A stretch of 64,000 bases of DNA from Eledone cirrhosa. Its lineage: Eukaryota. A program made the position numbers and the translations under genes. This document shows positions 25,891 to 40,034 of this stretch, in pieces (position 1 is the stretch's first letter; the number at the start of each line of letters is the position of its first letter). The notes beneath the pieces were generated by a model. The model had not been told where the DNA came from. It did not search any database and saw only the letters and a list, made by a program, of their open reading frames with translations. Location: assembly GCA_964016885.1 (NCBI GenBank), contig OZ024749.1:28148001-28212000 (forward strand), read 5' to 3'.

Positions 25891-26159
25891 ATATATATAT
25901 ATATAAATATTGTTATATTTTGGGAGGGTCATGCTGCCAATAAAAACACATGCACCTATAAAAACACATGCACCTATTTATTATAAATTTCCGGTTGGCT
26001 GGTTGGTTTGATATCCGGATGGTTGTTTATATATTGTCAAAGCTCTTTCATCACACATTTTGACCTCAGTGACTAGGTTTTTATTTTGTCACTCTCCTTT
26101 GTTCTCTCCTACACCATCTTGTTTTTATGTGTTGTGTGTTATATATAAATATATACATA

Positions 26160-26190
<31 letters not shown>

Positions 26191-26422
26191 ACACACAAAC
26201 ACATATATAGATATATGCATAGATAGATAGAAAAAAGAGGACATAACATCATAATGATGGTAATGATGATTCCGGAACCTACTGTAACACAAATATTTCC
26301 TCCCACCACCACTACCACCACCTACACCACCTCCTTCAACCTCTAATATTTTACGCAGAACATCAATCACATTAATCCTATTAAATTATACTTATTCTGT
26401 AGAACAGGAGGTGGGGGTATAA

Positions 26423-26479
<57 letters not shown>

Positions 26480-26833
26480 CATAAAAGAGGTGGTTTTAGA
26501 GTAAAAGGGGTTGGAGGTATGGATGGGGAAGGATGTAGGGGTGGTGGCACTGTGCCTCTGCTTCAGACTAAAATATGATAAAAATGTTGTAGTTTTGTTT
26601 TCTTTGTTTTTGTTGTTTTTGTCATAAAATTTTAATTAATAAGGAAGGAAATATTGTTTGTTGAGAGATGATGACAATAAGTTTCTTAATTCAAACATAT
26701 GAAATTATAATATTAATAATTACATATATATTTATATACATATATATACAAATATGTATATATATATATGTATATATATACAAATATTTATATGCATATG
26801 CATATAAATATATATGTGTGTGTATATAAATAT

Positions 26834-26898
<65 letters not shown>

Positions 26899-26974
26899 TC
26901 CTCTGATTAAAATTCCAATCTCTTCTGTCCCAACCATTTATTTATCCACCTCTTCCTTTTCTGTCTTTGTTCAG

Positions 26975-27035
26975 CAACCTGCCGCCTTATAAGATGAAGA
27001 GAATGCCACAATTTGATTGGTGGTTCAATATTTGG
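26975..27035 (+). other. Candidate upstream (5'UTR/uORF) exon
   Basis: Pyrimidine tract + ttcag acceptor, unique non-repetitive sequence, donor TGG/gtatgt. Confidence 0.45.
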
Positions 27036-27967
27036 GTATGTCACCTTCACAAATTCCTTAACCCTTTCAATGCTTATTAACAAAAAATAAACTTTTTTTT
27101 TTGTTTTTCATGTATTTGTTTTGTTTTCTTATGTTTTATTTTTGCTTTTATTTTATTTCTAGTTTTAACCTTATTTTTAAATTTTTTCATGTTTTTGACC
27201 CCTATTTTTTATTTGTTTTTGCTGTCAATTGTTTGTTTTGCTTTTGCCTTCTTTTTACTGTTCTATTTTACTTTTTTGTTCAACAAAAATTATTTCATCA
27301 TCAGCATTATTACATTATCACTCCCACTACCACCTCCACCGTTATCATCATCATCACAATCATTGCTGTCTCAACCATCATCATTCCCACACCATTATTA
27401 CAATTGGCAGTATCGGTAGAGGGTTGGACGCCATGCTTTCTAGCATAGTTACATCCCTTTACAGTCTGAGTTCAAATTCCGCCGAGGTTAACTTTGCCTT
27501 TCATCCTTACGGGGTCGATAAAATAAAGTACCAGTAATGTACTGGGTAATTGCTGGCCTTGTGCCTAAAGTAGAAACAATTATTACAATCACTGCTGTCT
27601 CAACCATCACCACAACCATCATTATTCCCACATCATTATCACTATCACTGTTGCTTGTGATGATGATGATGATGGTGGTGGTGGTAATGATGCACACTGC
27701 CCTCCAAAAAAATGATGATGTAATTAGTTCACCAAGTTTTAACATTATTAACATTATTATTGTTCTTTGAGTCTCAGTCATTGATGTTAGTTAACTGGAA
27801 AGTTTGTTGAAATGAATATCAAGCCGCTACCTGCAGCCTCAGATATTCAGGACGTATCGGAGGGTTCTTGCTGTTCCCAGCAAGCATGCCTTTTGAAGCG
27901 TTCCAAAAAGCGTGGCGGGGGCCAATTTTCTTTAACCATCTCTGGAAACTTTTTGAGATAGTACCTA

Positions 27968-28000
<33 letters not shown>

Positions 28001-29053
28001 AGTTGCATTTATCTTGCTTTATGTTCATACGAGTTATCACCAAGTCACAACCAGTGACCTCAAGAGACAACAAGGTCCGCCATGTTCAAGAAAGAACATA
28101 CATACTCACACATGCATCTTTAGTGTTTAGACTTGTGATGTACTTATATTGACAGAATCTTCCTTAGTATATGGGCAGTTCCCATTAGTACTATCTTTTG
28201 TATTTCTCCTATACGCGGGTTTCCTGGGATTTGCGATAAGTAATCATTAGACCCCTTAGGTATCATTCCCAGAGCGCCCACAACCACTGGTATTGTTTTA
28301 GTTCTCAATTTCCACATTTTTCCAATTTCTATCTCCAGGTCCTTATACTTGCTCAATTTTTCAAATGTTTTTATAGATACATTCTTGTCTATTGGAACGG
28401 ACATATCAATTAGCAGGCATATCCTCTTTTTAAAGTCCTTCAATATTATATCAGGTCTATTTGCATCTATTTTTCGGTCTGTTTGGATGCTAAAGTTCCA
28501 CAAGATTGAGATGTGATCTTTTTCAAGTATGGGAGGTGGTTGATGCTCCCACCAATTCTTTTGATGGGGCAGGTCAAAATGCTTACACATTATCCAATGT
28601 ATGTATTCTGCAGCTCTGTCATGCCTGTTTAGGTATTCGATTGGAGCTATAGGACTGCACATTGAAATTATATGGTCAATGGTTTCTGGTTGTTTTTTGC
28701 ACACACGGCATAATGGGCTGCATCCATTTTTTATTATGTTGGCTTGGTAATTTTTTGTTGGCAGACACTGATCTTGTGCTGATATAATCAGTCCTTCAGT
28801 CTCCGATTTCAGTCCAGAGGATGCCAACCACTGATGGGTTAAAGTTTTGTCAACATCAGGATTGTTAACTCGTTCTGGGTATTTTCCATACAGAGGCTTT
28901 TCTTGCCATTTCTTAGCCAGTTTCTGTAGCAGTTCTTTCTTTGCAGTTACTTTTACCTGCTTTGCTTTTTCTGTGTTTTCCATTTCAGCAGTAAATGGGA
29001 CTTCTGAAATTTGTAGTCCATTACTGTATCTTTGTGCATCTTTTGTAATGGAA

Positions 29054-29089
<36 letters not shown>

Positions 29090-29108
29090 TACTACTATTA
29101 TTATTATT
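27968..29108 (-). mobile_element. 5'-truncated Dong/R4-type RLE non-LTR retrotransposon in (TAA)n
   Basis: ORF 28144-28983: CRVC..ETIDHIISMC, RHD, RPDI..LIDMSVP..EKLSKYKDL; (TTA)n on both flanks. Confidence 0.85.
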
Positions 29109-29439
29109 AAAACATAATCATCATCCTTTTTACGTCCACTTTACCAAGCTTGCATGGGTTAGACAGGTCCTTCTCAGCATTGCATCTCTCCACATGTTGA
29201 GATCCTTTGTTATCATCTCTATGAGTCTCAGAGATTTGAGGTCAGCTCTCAGAAACTCTGCCCACGTCTTTCTTGATCTACCTCTACCACGGCTTCCTTC
29301 CTCTGGAATTTTTTGGCATTTCTTCACCCAGCGATCATTGTCCAAAAGAATTTCAATATGTCCTATCCTAAATTCTTTTATTAAATATTTTCAGATTCTC
29401 CAAACTGGCAGACTGAAGATAAAGCAATAATTTACCGAA

Positions 29440-29518
29440 ATGGATGTTAGATTGTCCAATAAAACACTTTATTTACTGCTTATAATTCTACTGCCATTGT
29501 TCAAGAGTTCTTTTGAAA
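29440..29518 (+). CDS. Cadherin exon 1 (signal peptide)
   Basis: [26 protein letters not shown], donor GTAAGT, phase 1; acceptor tttcag at 29394 upstream. Confidence 0.8.
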
Positions 29519-30803
29519 GTAAGTTATTAAATCTCTATTTTTGATTGGCCTGTTCTCTAAACATATTAAACTATTGTTTTGATTGGTTGATTAGCGTTCT
29601 CTACATAAAGTTAATATATATTTGTTTTGATTGGTCAGTTGGAGTTCTTTACATAAAATTTGTATATCTTTGTTTTGAGTTGAGATGTTGTGGGTTCAAT
29701 TCCTGAGCTGGGATGCATGTTGTGTTTTTAAGCAAAACATTTCATTTCACACGGCTTTGTTTTCATTCGTCAGTTGGTGGGTTTGATGGAGGGTATGGTA
29801 GTGGAGGAGGAACAATGTTGATATAAAATGCAGATTATGCAGAGAACAACATAAAACAATGATCCAACATTCTCTGACATTCCTTTGGTCTTCTATAGTC
29901 AGTAACATTAGGTTATTAACATTCCAGATAAGAATGTAGCCAAACATAATAACTTGCAACGTGATTTTATTTGCTCTCACACACACACATGGGAGTTGAA
30001 GAGATATAATTGTAGTTGGAGTGGGAGTTGTGATATGATTAAATAGAAAGAGCAATGGATAGAACATGAAATGTTGATAATATTTCTTTTTAAGCGATGT
30101 TCAAAAGTAAAGAAAGAAATTGATATATAATTTCATATATATATATGTATACACATATATGTAATATATATATGTGTATGTAATATATATATGTGTGTGT
30201 GTGTTAATATTTTCAAATGACTTTCAAAATTAAAAAAGTAATTTTCTCTCTAATTAATAAATCAATAATTTTTGATGACACAGGTACAACAGTCTTATTA
30301 AATTCTTCATTATGAGTGTGTAATTGCTGATAAATTGCTGTATATTTATATATATATATATATTGTATATCTTGTATGTGTGGGTATGTGTATGTGTATG
30401 TAAGTGTGTAATTGTTGTTAAATTGATGTATATTTATATGTATTGTACACCTTACCTTATAATATATATGATATATGTATAATATATGTATGTGTGTGTA
30501 TATATATATATAAATGTGTGTGTGTGCATTAATCATGGTACAAATTCTTCATTATTAGTGTGTAATTGTTATTAAATTGATATGCATTGTACATTTTTAT
30601 TATACATTTTTATTATACATTTTTATTATACATATATTAATGGTCTGACGAAGCTTCAGTATTATGTTCTAATATTGAAGTTGAAATGCGTGTAAACATT
30701 AATAAAGGCATTTGAAGTTCCTATTTAGTTGCCAATTGATTTAATATACATATATATATATAGTTAGTAACATACAAAAGTAACACACACACACATGCAC
30801 ACA

Positions 30804-30891
<88 letters not shown>

Positions 30892-31005
30892 AATGAGTAG
30901 GACCCCGACGGCTGAGCTCAAGCCGTTTCGACGGCTAATTCTGGACTTAGTATTGAGTACTTTGGTGCGTTATGGTCCATCTGGTTCCTTACCACATTTC
31001 CATCG

Positions 31006-31085
<80 letters not shown>

Positions 31086-31364
31086 ATGTGTGTGTGTGTG
31101 TGTGTTTAAATTTTGTGGTTCACCACTGGGTAGAATTGGTCATTCTGAAATTTTAATCATGATGTAATAGTAGTAAAGCACTCAAACTCACCAGGTTCAT
31201 ATGCAATCTGGCCACAGAAATATGCATAATGTTTGCAGAAATAAATAATTAATGGAATTCAACCTGTCTGCCCTCCTGTCATTTCACTTTATTATATATA
31301 TATATATATATCCCGTCTAACCCATGCTAGTGTCGAAAATGGACGTTAAACGAAGATGATGATG

Positions 31365-31404
<40 letters not shown>

Positions 31405-32838
31405 CCCGTCTAACCCATGCTAGTGTCGAAAATGGACGTTAAACGAAGATGATGATGATGATGATGATATATATATATATATCCCGTCTAACCCATGCTA
31501 GTGTCGAAAATGGACGTTAAACGAAGATGATGATGATGATGATGATGATATATATATATATAAATATATAGATTTTGAGTTTATGTTGGTTGTATACCAA
31601 CACCTCAGTATGCAGGCTGGAGCACTCAACGAAGTGCGCAGGTTGGTTTGGTTACTCCGGAGTAGTGTAAAATAAAGTTAAATAAAAGTCAAATGATTAA
31701 AATTTAGCTTCGTTTATTACTGCTATATATATTTCAGTGACAGCCATCTTTGGCTGTGACCTCTTCAGGCAGTTTGAATTAGTATGGTATAGACAAGTAC
31801 ATATGTTGTTTAGGTGTATAATATTGTCAATACTCTGATATGCCCAGTTCCTTGTTGGGTTGTTAATTCACTGGGGAACTGGAGTCATATCCAGTTAATT
31901 CACTGAGGAACTGGAGTCATATCCTGTTAATTCACTGGGGAACTGGAGTCATATCCAGTTAATTCACTGAGGAACTGGAGTCATATCCAGTTAATTCACT
32001 GAGGAACTGGAGTCATATCCAGTTAATTCACTGGGGAACTGGAGTCATATCCAGTTAATTCACTGGGGAACTGGAGTCATATCCAGTTAATTCACTGGGG
32101 AACTGGAGTCATATCCAGTTAATTCACTGAGGAACTGGAGTCATATCCAGTTAATTCACTGGGGAACTGGAGTCATATGACTCCAGTTCCCCAGTGAATT
32201 AACTGGATATGACTCCAGTTCCCCAGTGAATTAACAACCCAACAAGGAACTGGGCATATCAGAGTATTGACAATATTATACACCTAAACAACATATGTAC
32301 TTGTCTATACCATACTAATTCAAACTGCCTGAAGAGGTCACAGCCAAAGATGGCTGTCACTGAAATATATATAGCAGTAATAAACGAAGCTAAATTTTAA
32401 TCATTTGACTTTTATTTAACTTTATTTTATATAAATATATATATATATAGATATATATCCATATCTTTTGTTTAACACCAATTTCCTATTTAATCTATAT
32501 TTTCAGATTGTATATTCCAACATTCCATCCATATTAAACATACAATAACACCTGGTATGTAGCAATTTAACAGAAATTTATATTACCTTGTTACCTCATT
32601 ATTTCATTCCAATTTAACTACAATCTTAATTATTATTGTATTCTAGATAATTTTATTATGCACAATATTTATAAATTTTATAAGATATAATTGTTTCACA
32701 GATATAAAAAATATATATCCTATAGTATATATATTAAGTCTTTATAAAAAAAATATCTTTTATTACTATAGTATATATATTATATATTTTATTAAAAAAA
32801 ATTTAATGAAAAAAAATATATATATACATACACACACA

Positions 32839-32882
<44 letters not shown>

Positions 32883-33066
32883 CATGTATATATACATATA
32901 TACATTCACATATATACCTATATATACATAATAATGATAATAATGAAATAATAATAATGAAATTATTGTGTACAGTGCTCAGGTGCACTACAACTCATCA
33001 AAGGTGCATGTATAGTACATAGAATAATGTACAAATGTCAGGAAAATGAACAGTGTATGCGTCATG

Positions 33067-33104
<38 letters not shown>

Positions 33105-36100
33105 TATATATATATACACACACACATCCATACACATACTCATACACACACACAAACACACCCATATATACAAATACACACATCTATGCATATATACACA
33201 AATATATACCACACACGATAATAAGGCTTTATTCAACAAAGATTCTACTTCCATATTTTTCCAGACTCTGAGATTTTTACATTCCCAAGTGACTCCCATA
33301 TTTCCGTACTTGAAGGAGTTAATGAGTTTTACCTGTTGGGCAACAAACTGTATTCTCGTCACGGAATTCAGGTAAATTCTCAGGTAAATAATGTTATGTT
33401 CATGTTGTAGCTTTTTCATAATATGAGGAGAAAGATTAACTCTGCTAAAGGTACCCAAGGACCATCTGGTGGTATTAAACAGGGTGGTGGATTAAGTCTA
33501 CCACTGTAGTGCACTAGACTCTGTTAAAGACACCCAAGGACCCGATGGTGGTGTTAAACTAGGTGATGAATTATGTCTACTACTGCAGTGGACTGTAGAT
33601 GCATGTGGCCTTGTGGTAAGTGTGTTGGACTTATGCTCATAATGAGTGCCAGCAGTAACTGTGGGTTTAACCCTGTGATGGACTGGTGTCCTGTCCAGGT
33701 GAGAGTGTTGTACTCTCAGTCACTTCACACCATGAAAACCAGGATAAGTACCAGCCTGATGAGCCTCAGGGCTCAAGACAGACTTTAAGTCTACCACTGT
33801 GGTGGACTACACTCTGTTAAAGACACCCAAGGACCAGGTGGTGGTGGTGGTGGTGTTAAACAGGGTGATGGATTAAGTCTACCACTGTAGAGGAATAAAC
33901 TTTGCTAAATACACCCAAGAACCAGGTGGTGGGGCTGTCAAACAAGGTGATGGATTAAGTCTACCCACCTAGTAAGCCACAGCAGATTTTGAATTCAGAA
34001 CACAAACAGCTGGAACAAATATATGCTGCAAGTGGTGTTGGATATGTTAGTAAATGTTTGGTTTTATTTTTCTCCTTGCAGATTCCCAAAACATTCAACC
34101 TTAGAATCAGATGTACAACAAATGACAAAGTAAGTAAGACAATTTTTTTAAATTTTGAATTATAGTCATTCCAGTTATCATCATCATCATCTTCATTTAA
34201 CGTCCATCTTCCACGCTAGCAAGGGTTAGACGGGTTTGTCCCATTTAGAGGCAAGTTGGTTTGGGTGACCATGTTTCGCTCATATAGGATTGTTTCTGGC
34301 TGGTTTTCTACAGCTAGATGCCCTTCCTAGTGCAAACCACATTTACAGTGTGGGCTGGGTGCTTTTTACCATGTCTTTTACATGACTACTTTACAGTATG
34401 GGCTGGGTGCTTTTTACCATGTCTTTTACATGACTACTTTACAGTGTGGGCTGGGTGCTTTTTACCATGTCTTTTACATGACTACTTTACAGTGTGGGCT
34501 GGGTGCTTTTTACCATGTCTTTTACATGACTACTTTACAGTGTGGGCTGGGTGCTTTTTACCATGTCTTTTACATGACTACTTTACAGTGTGGGCTGGGT
34601 GCTTTTTACCATGTCTTTTACATGACCACTTTACAGTGTGGGCTGGGTGCTTTTTACCATGTCTTTTACATGACCACTTTACAGTGTGGACTGGGTGCTT
34701 TTTACCATGTCTTTTACATGACCACTTTACAGTGTGGACTGGGTGCTTTTTACCATGTCTTTTACATGACTACTTTACAGTGTGGGCTGGGTGCTTTTTA
34801 CCATGTCTTTTACATGACTACTTTACAGTGTGGGCTGGGTGCTTTTTACCATGTCTTTTACATGACTACTTTACAGTGTGTGCTGGGTGCTTTTTACCAT
34901 GTCTTTTACATGACCACTTTACAGTGTGGACTGGGTGCTTTTTACCATGTCTTTTACATGACTACTTTACACTGTGGGCTGGGTGCTTTTTACCATGTCT
35001 TTTACATGACTACTTTACAGTGTGGGCTGGGTGCTTTTTACCATGTTTTTTACATGACCACTTTACAGTGTGGACTGGGTGCTTTTTACCATGTCTTTTA
35101 CATGACCACTTTACAGTGTGGACTGGGTGCTTTTTACCATGTCTTTTACATGACTACTTTACACTGTGGGCTGGGTGCTTTTTACCATGTCTTTTACATG
35201 ACTACTTTACAGTGTGGGCTGGGTGCTTTTTACCATGTTTTTTACATGACCACTTTACAGTGTGGGCTGGGTGCTTTTTACCATGTCTTTTACATGACTA
35301 CTTTACAGTGTGTGCTGGGTGCTTTTTACCATGTCTTTTACATGACCACTTTACAGTGTGGACTGGGTGCTTTTTACCATGTCTTTTACATGACTACTTT
35401 ACAGTGTGGGCTGGGTGCTTTTTACCATGTCTTTTACATGACCACTTTACAGTGTGCACTGGGTGCTTTTTACCATGTCTTTTACATGACTACTTTACAG
35501 TGTGGACTGGGTGCTTTTTACCATGTCTTTTACATGACTACTTTACAGTGTGTGCTGGGTGCTTTTTACCATGTCTTTTACATGACCACTTTACAGTGTG
35601 TGCTGGGTACTTTTTACCATGTCTTTTACATGACTACTTTACAGTGTGGGCTGGGTGCTTTTACCATGTCTTTTACATGACCACTTTACAGTGTGTGCTG
35701 GGTGCTTTTTACCATGTCTTTTACATGACCACTTTACAGTGTGGGCTGGGTGCTTTTTACCATGTCTTTTACATGACTACTTTACAGTGTGTGCTGCGTG
35801 CTTTTTACCATGTCTTTTACATGACTACTTTACAGTGTGGGCTGGGTGCTTTTTACCATGTCTTTTACATGACTACTTTACAGTGTGTGCTGGGTGCTTT
35901 TTACCATGTCTTTTACATGACCACTTTACAGTGTGGACTGGGTGCTTTTTACCATGTCTTTTACATGACTACTTTACACTGTGGGCTGGGTGCTTTTTAC
36001 CATGTCTTTTACATGACCACTTTACAGTGTGGACTGGGTGCTTTTTACCATGTCTTTTACATGACAACTTTACAGTGTGGACTGGGTGCTTTTTACCATG

Positions 36101-39100
36101 TCTTTTACATGACCACTTTACAGTGTGGACTGGGTGCTTTTTACCATGTCTTTTACATGACTACTTTACAGTGTGGGCTGGGTACTTTTTACCATGTCTT
36201 TTACATGACTACTTTACAGTGTGGGCTGGGTGCTTTTTACCATGTCTTTTACATGACCACTTTACAGTGTGTGCTGGGTGCTTTTTACCATGTCTTTTAC
36301 ATGACTACTTTACAGTGTGGGCTGGGTGCTTTTTACCATGTCTTTTACATGACCACTTTACAGTGTGGACTGGGTGCTTTTTACCATGTCTTTTACATGA
36401 CTACTTTACAGTGTGGGCTGGGTGCTTTTTACCATGTCTTTTACATGACCACTTTACAGTGTGCACTGGGTGCTTTTTACCATGTCTTTTACATGACAAC
36501 TTTACAGTGTGGACTGGGTGCTTTTTACCATGTCTTTTACATGACTACTTTACAGTGTGGACTGGGTGCTTTTTACCATGTCTTTTACATGACCACTTTA
36601 CAGTGTGGGCTGGGTGCTTTTTACCCTGTCTTTTACATGACCACTTTACAGTGTGTGCTGGGTGCTTTTTACCATGTCTTTTACATGACCACTTTACAGT
36701 GTGGGCTGGGTGCTTTTTACCATGTCTTTTACATGACCACTTTACAGTGTGGGCTGGGTGCTTTTTACCATGTCTTTTACATGACCACTTTACAGTGTGG
36801 GCTGGGTGTTTTTTACCATGTCTTTTATATGACCACTTTACAGTGTGTGCTGGGTGCTTTTTACCATGTCTTTTACATGACCACTTTACAGTGTGTGCTG
36901 GGTGCTTTCTGTCGTGACACCTACACGACCACTTTACAGTAAGCAAATGAGATGAGTAAGCAAATGAGATCTAGGATATTGTTGACCAATCTATAATGAT
37001 CGACAACTATTATTATAGTTATCTACATTAATGTGAGTACATCTATTTGCAGTGATTATTTTAGAGTTATTTGCATTGGTGCCTAATATTATAGTTATTA
37101 GCATTGGTGGATGCATGTGCCTATGGAGTGCTCAACCACTTATATGTAAATTTAAAGAGCAGACTGCACTATTGATCCTACAACTGGACCACTCATTGTA
37201 TGTATGTGTATGTGTGTGTGTGTGTTTGTATGTGTGTATGTGTATTTATGCAGGTATGTATATATCTATGTATGTATGGATGGCTGTATATATGTATGTG
37301 TGTATGTGTGTATATATGCATTTATGTATGCATTAGTTCATTAAGTATAAAATGTCCGATTTTCATATGCACTTTCAATTTGTAACCGAATATTTCTTAT
37401 ATAATAACCTGATATATATGTGTTATAATTGTGTTTGTGTGTGTATGTGTATATGTAAATTGCTGATTATTCCCTCAAATAATAACCTTTTTATTTTACT
37501 TCCACAGATCAACATGAAAAAGGACTTTACCATAATTGTTACCTCTCCCAGTGCTGCTGTTCCCATTTCATACACAGTAAAAAACTTGTCAATAGATATT
37601 CCAGAGGTAAATAATATGTTTATTCATATTTTTAGTTTTCTGAAAATCTTGAAATATTTCCATATATTTGTATATTTCAACTCTTTCATTATCATATTTC
37701 TAATGAAATATTTTGTATTTTAATTAATTAATGAAGAACTTGGGAAGAAATTAATAAAATTATTATTATTGATAGTGGTATATTATGATCCTGTAACTCC
37801 TGAAGGAGTCGTAGGGGTGCTGTAGTGACATACAGCATTTCTTAGGCATTTTAAGCTTAGTGGAGCCCAACCCTCTCCAGTTTTTATTAATAGTAACTAT
37901 AATATAATATTTGCAATTGCAAAGTAATAATATTTAATTTTCTTAAAATTGTAGGAATCTGAAATGCGTAGCTGTAAAAAGCCAATTGTTATGTGCATAG
38001 CAAAAAGTCAGGTTAAATTATAACCTCATATGAGGTTTCCTACAATTTTATGAAAATTCATAGACACTCACCACTCCAAACCTTTTCAATTTATGTTTAC
38101 ATAAATAATATTTAAATGAAACAAAACAAAAAGTAAAGCAACGAAAGAAAGGGAGAGAGTGCGGGACAGACTATAGTCCAGTTCTGTGCCATGTTCTGTA
38201 GGCTCATTAGATAAACAGGCTGTTTTTTTATATATAATTCAGTATATATTTTCTATTTACAGAAAAAAATCAAACCCAGGTTTATCTTTTACCTCCAGAG
38301 GCAACCTGGTGCAGTCTGCGACTAATTCAGGCTCTACTGCACTTCGGGCCGAGGAGGGTAAACTCTCTAAGTATTGGTCACTCTCCGACAGATTTGTGGT
38401 CAAGCCCTTAGCAGTGGTGACTTCTGTTGTCCTTGGCCCTAGGACCACCTCCCCACACACCACCATCAGCAGGGAGTTGGCTACCTGCAGGTGTGAGCCT
38501 CACGAGCTGGAATGTCTCTTCCAACACATCCCCCTCACCGGGGAAACACTTCTATTCTGTTCGCTGGGGTTGCAGGGCAGCCAGCACATGGACCCCATTT
38601 GCTTATAATAGTGAGAGATGGGGGGGGGGGGATTGAGGCAGTGAGTGAAAGAGAGAGAGAACATCAACATTTATTTACTTATTTATTTGTATTTACCTAT
38701 CGATTACAAAAATATTATAGATTTTATTGAGCTACCCAGATATTAAATGTAATTACTGATTTTCTCAACTATTTTATATAGTCATTGAACTATTACTATG
38801 GTCATTTGTGTTGAGACAACTAATTTTCAAATTTCAAATTTTACCAATGCTTTTTAAGTCAACTAGATGTTTACACTTCTAGTTAAAGGCTTAAAATATT
38901 CTATAAAAAAAATGGAATTGCTGACCAGCAGCTCATTAGCATAATGCTTAACACACTCAGCCAGCATCCAAGAGATGAGGGGTTAAATTTCTCACCTCTA
39001 TCCACTTTTTTCTGTCACCAAGTGGTACTTTACCTGATTTTTTTCAACTATTTTATTTAGTGACGATCTTTTCATTCTGAGTTCAAATCTCCCTGAGATT

Positions 39101-39978
39101 AACTTTACATTTCATCCTTCCGGTGTTGATAAAATAAAGTACCAGTCAAGTACTGGGATTAATATAATCAACTTTTCACCTCCCTACAAAACTTTTTGGC
39201 ATTGTGTCTAAATTAGAAACCATTATGGTCTTTTGCTTTCAACAACTACAGTTTAAATTTCAAATATTCCCAAAGCTTTTAAAATCAATCAGTTTAATAT
39301 ATTTGTATTTCTTTTTATTGATTTCTATGTCATTCTAAATATCTTAAAATATCTTATCTTCATCTCATTATCTGATACTGGAAATATTTTTCGTTATCAT
39401 TTTTTAGACTACTTTGGTAAACAGTTCTGTAATAAATCTGTCAAGTTTTGTCTCAGAAACTATTGATAATAACAACACAGCCAGTAGCTGGAGTAATTCA
39501 ACAGTTTATACTATTGAGGTGAGTCAATATATACACATACACATGTGCACAAACACACAGACATACACACATCTGCACATACCCATATATATACACACAC
39601 ATGTGCACAAATCCACAGACATACATACACGTGCACACATATTCATTTACACAAACACACACAAAATTCAATACAGAGCATTTTGCTCTGTATGTGATAT
39701 ATATATATATTTATATATACACACACCCAGACACATATATGACAGAGAAGAGATTAAAGATGGATCTGATTTTAAAATCTTGGTTTCTTTCAATTTAAAT
39801 TATATATATATACACACATATATGTATGCATGTGTCAGCAGAAGGGCACCCAGGAGTCATGAACTGGATGCGGCCCAGCCCCCTTAGAGTGTAAGAAGTT
39901 AAGGGCTGAAACACTCGCTTGAGTGGGGTTTCTTCTCTGAAGATTTTCTGCTGTTCAGCTCTACTGAGTCTTTCTTAC

Positions 39979-40034
<56 letters not shown>

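Larger units (their letters stand above)
31668..32429. mobile_element. Palindromic non-autonomous PLE-like insert with 32-bp tandem array
   Basis: Arms are reverse complements around catatg ~32177; ~10 units of gttaattcactg(g/a)ggaactggagtcatatcca on the left, ~2 inverted on the right. Confidence 0.8.

Noticed and set aside
34318-36942. 874-, 432- and 423-aa ORFs
   Set aside because: By-products of a stop-free 48-bp minisatellite in an intron; open in several frames.
39860-39935. Hairpin-GAAAC-hairpin resembling a hammerhead
   Set aside because: No CUGANGA and no UH after the CACTC/GAGTG stem.
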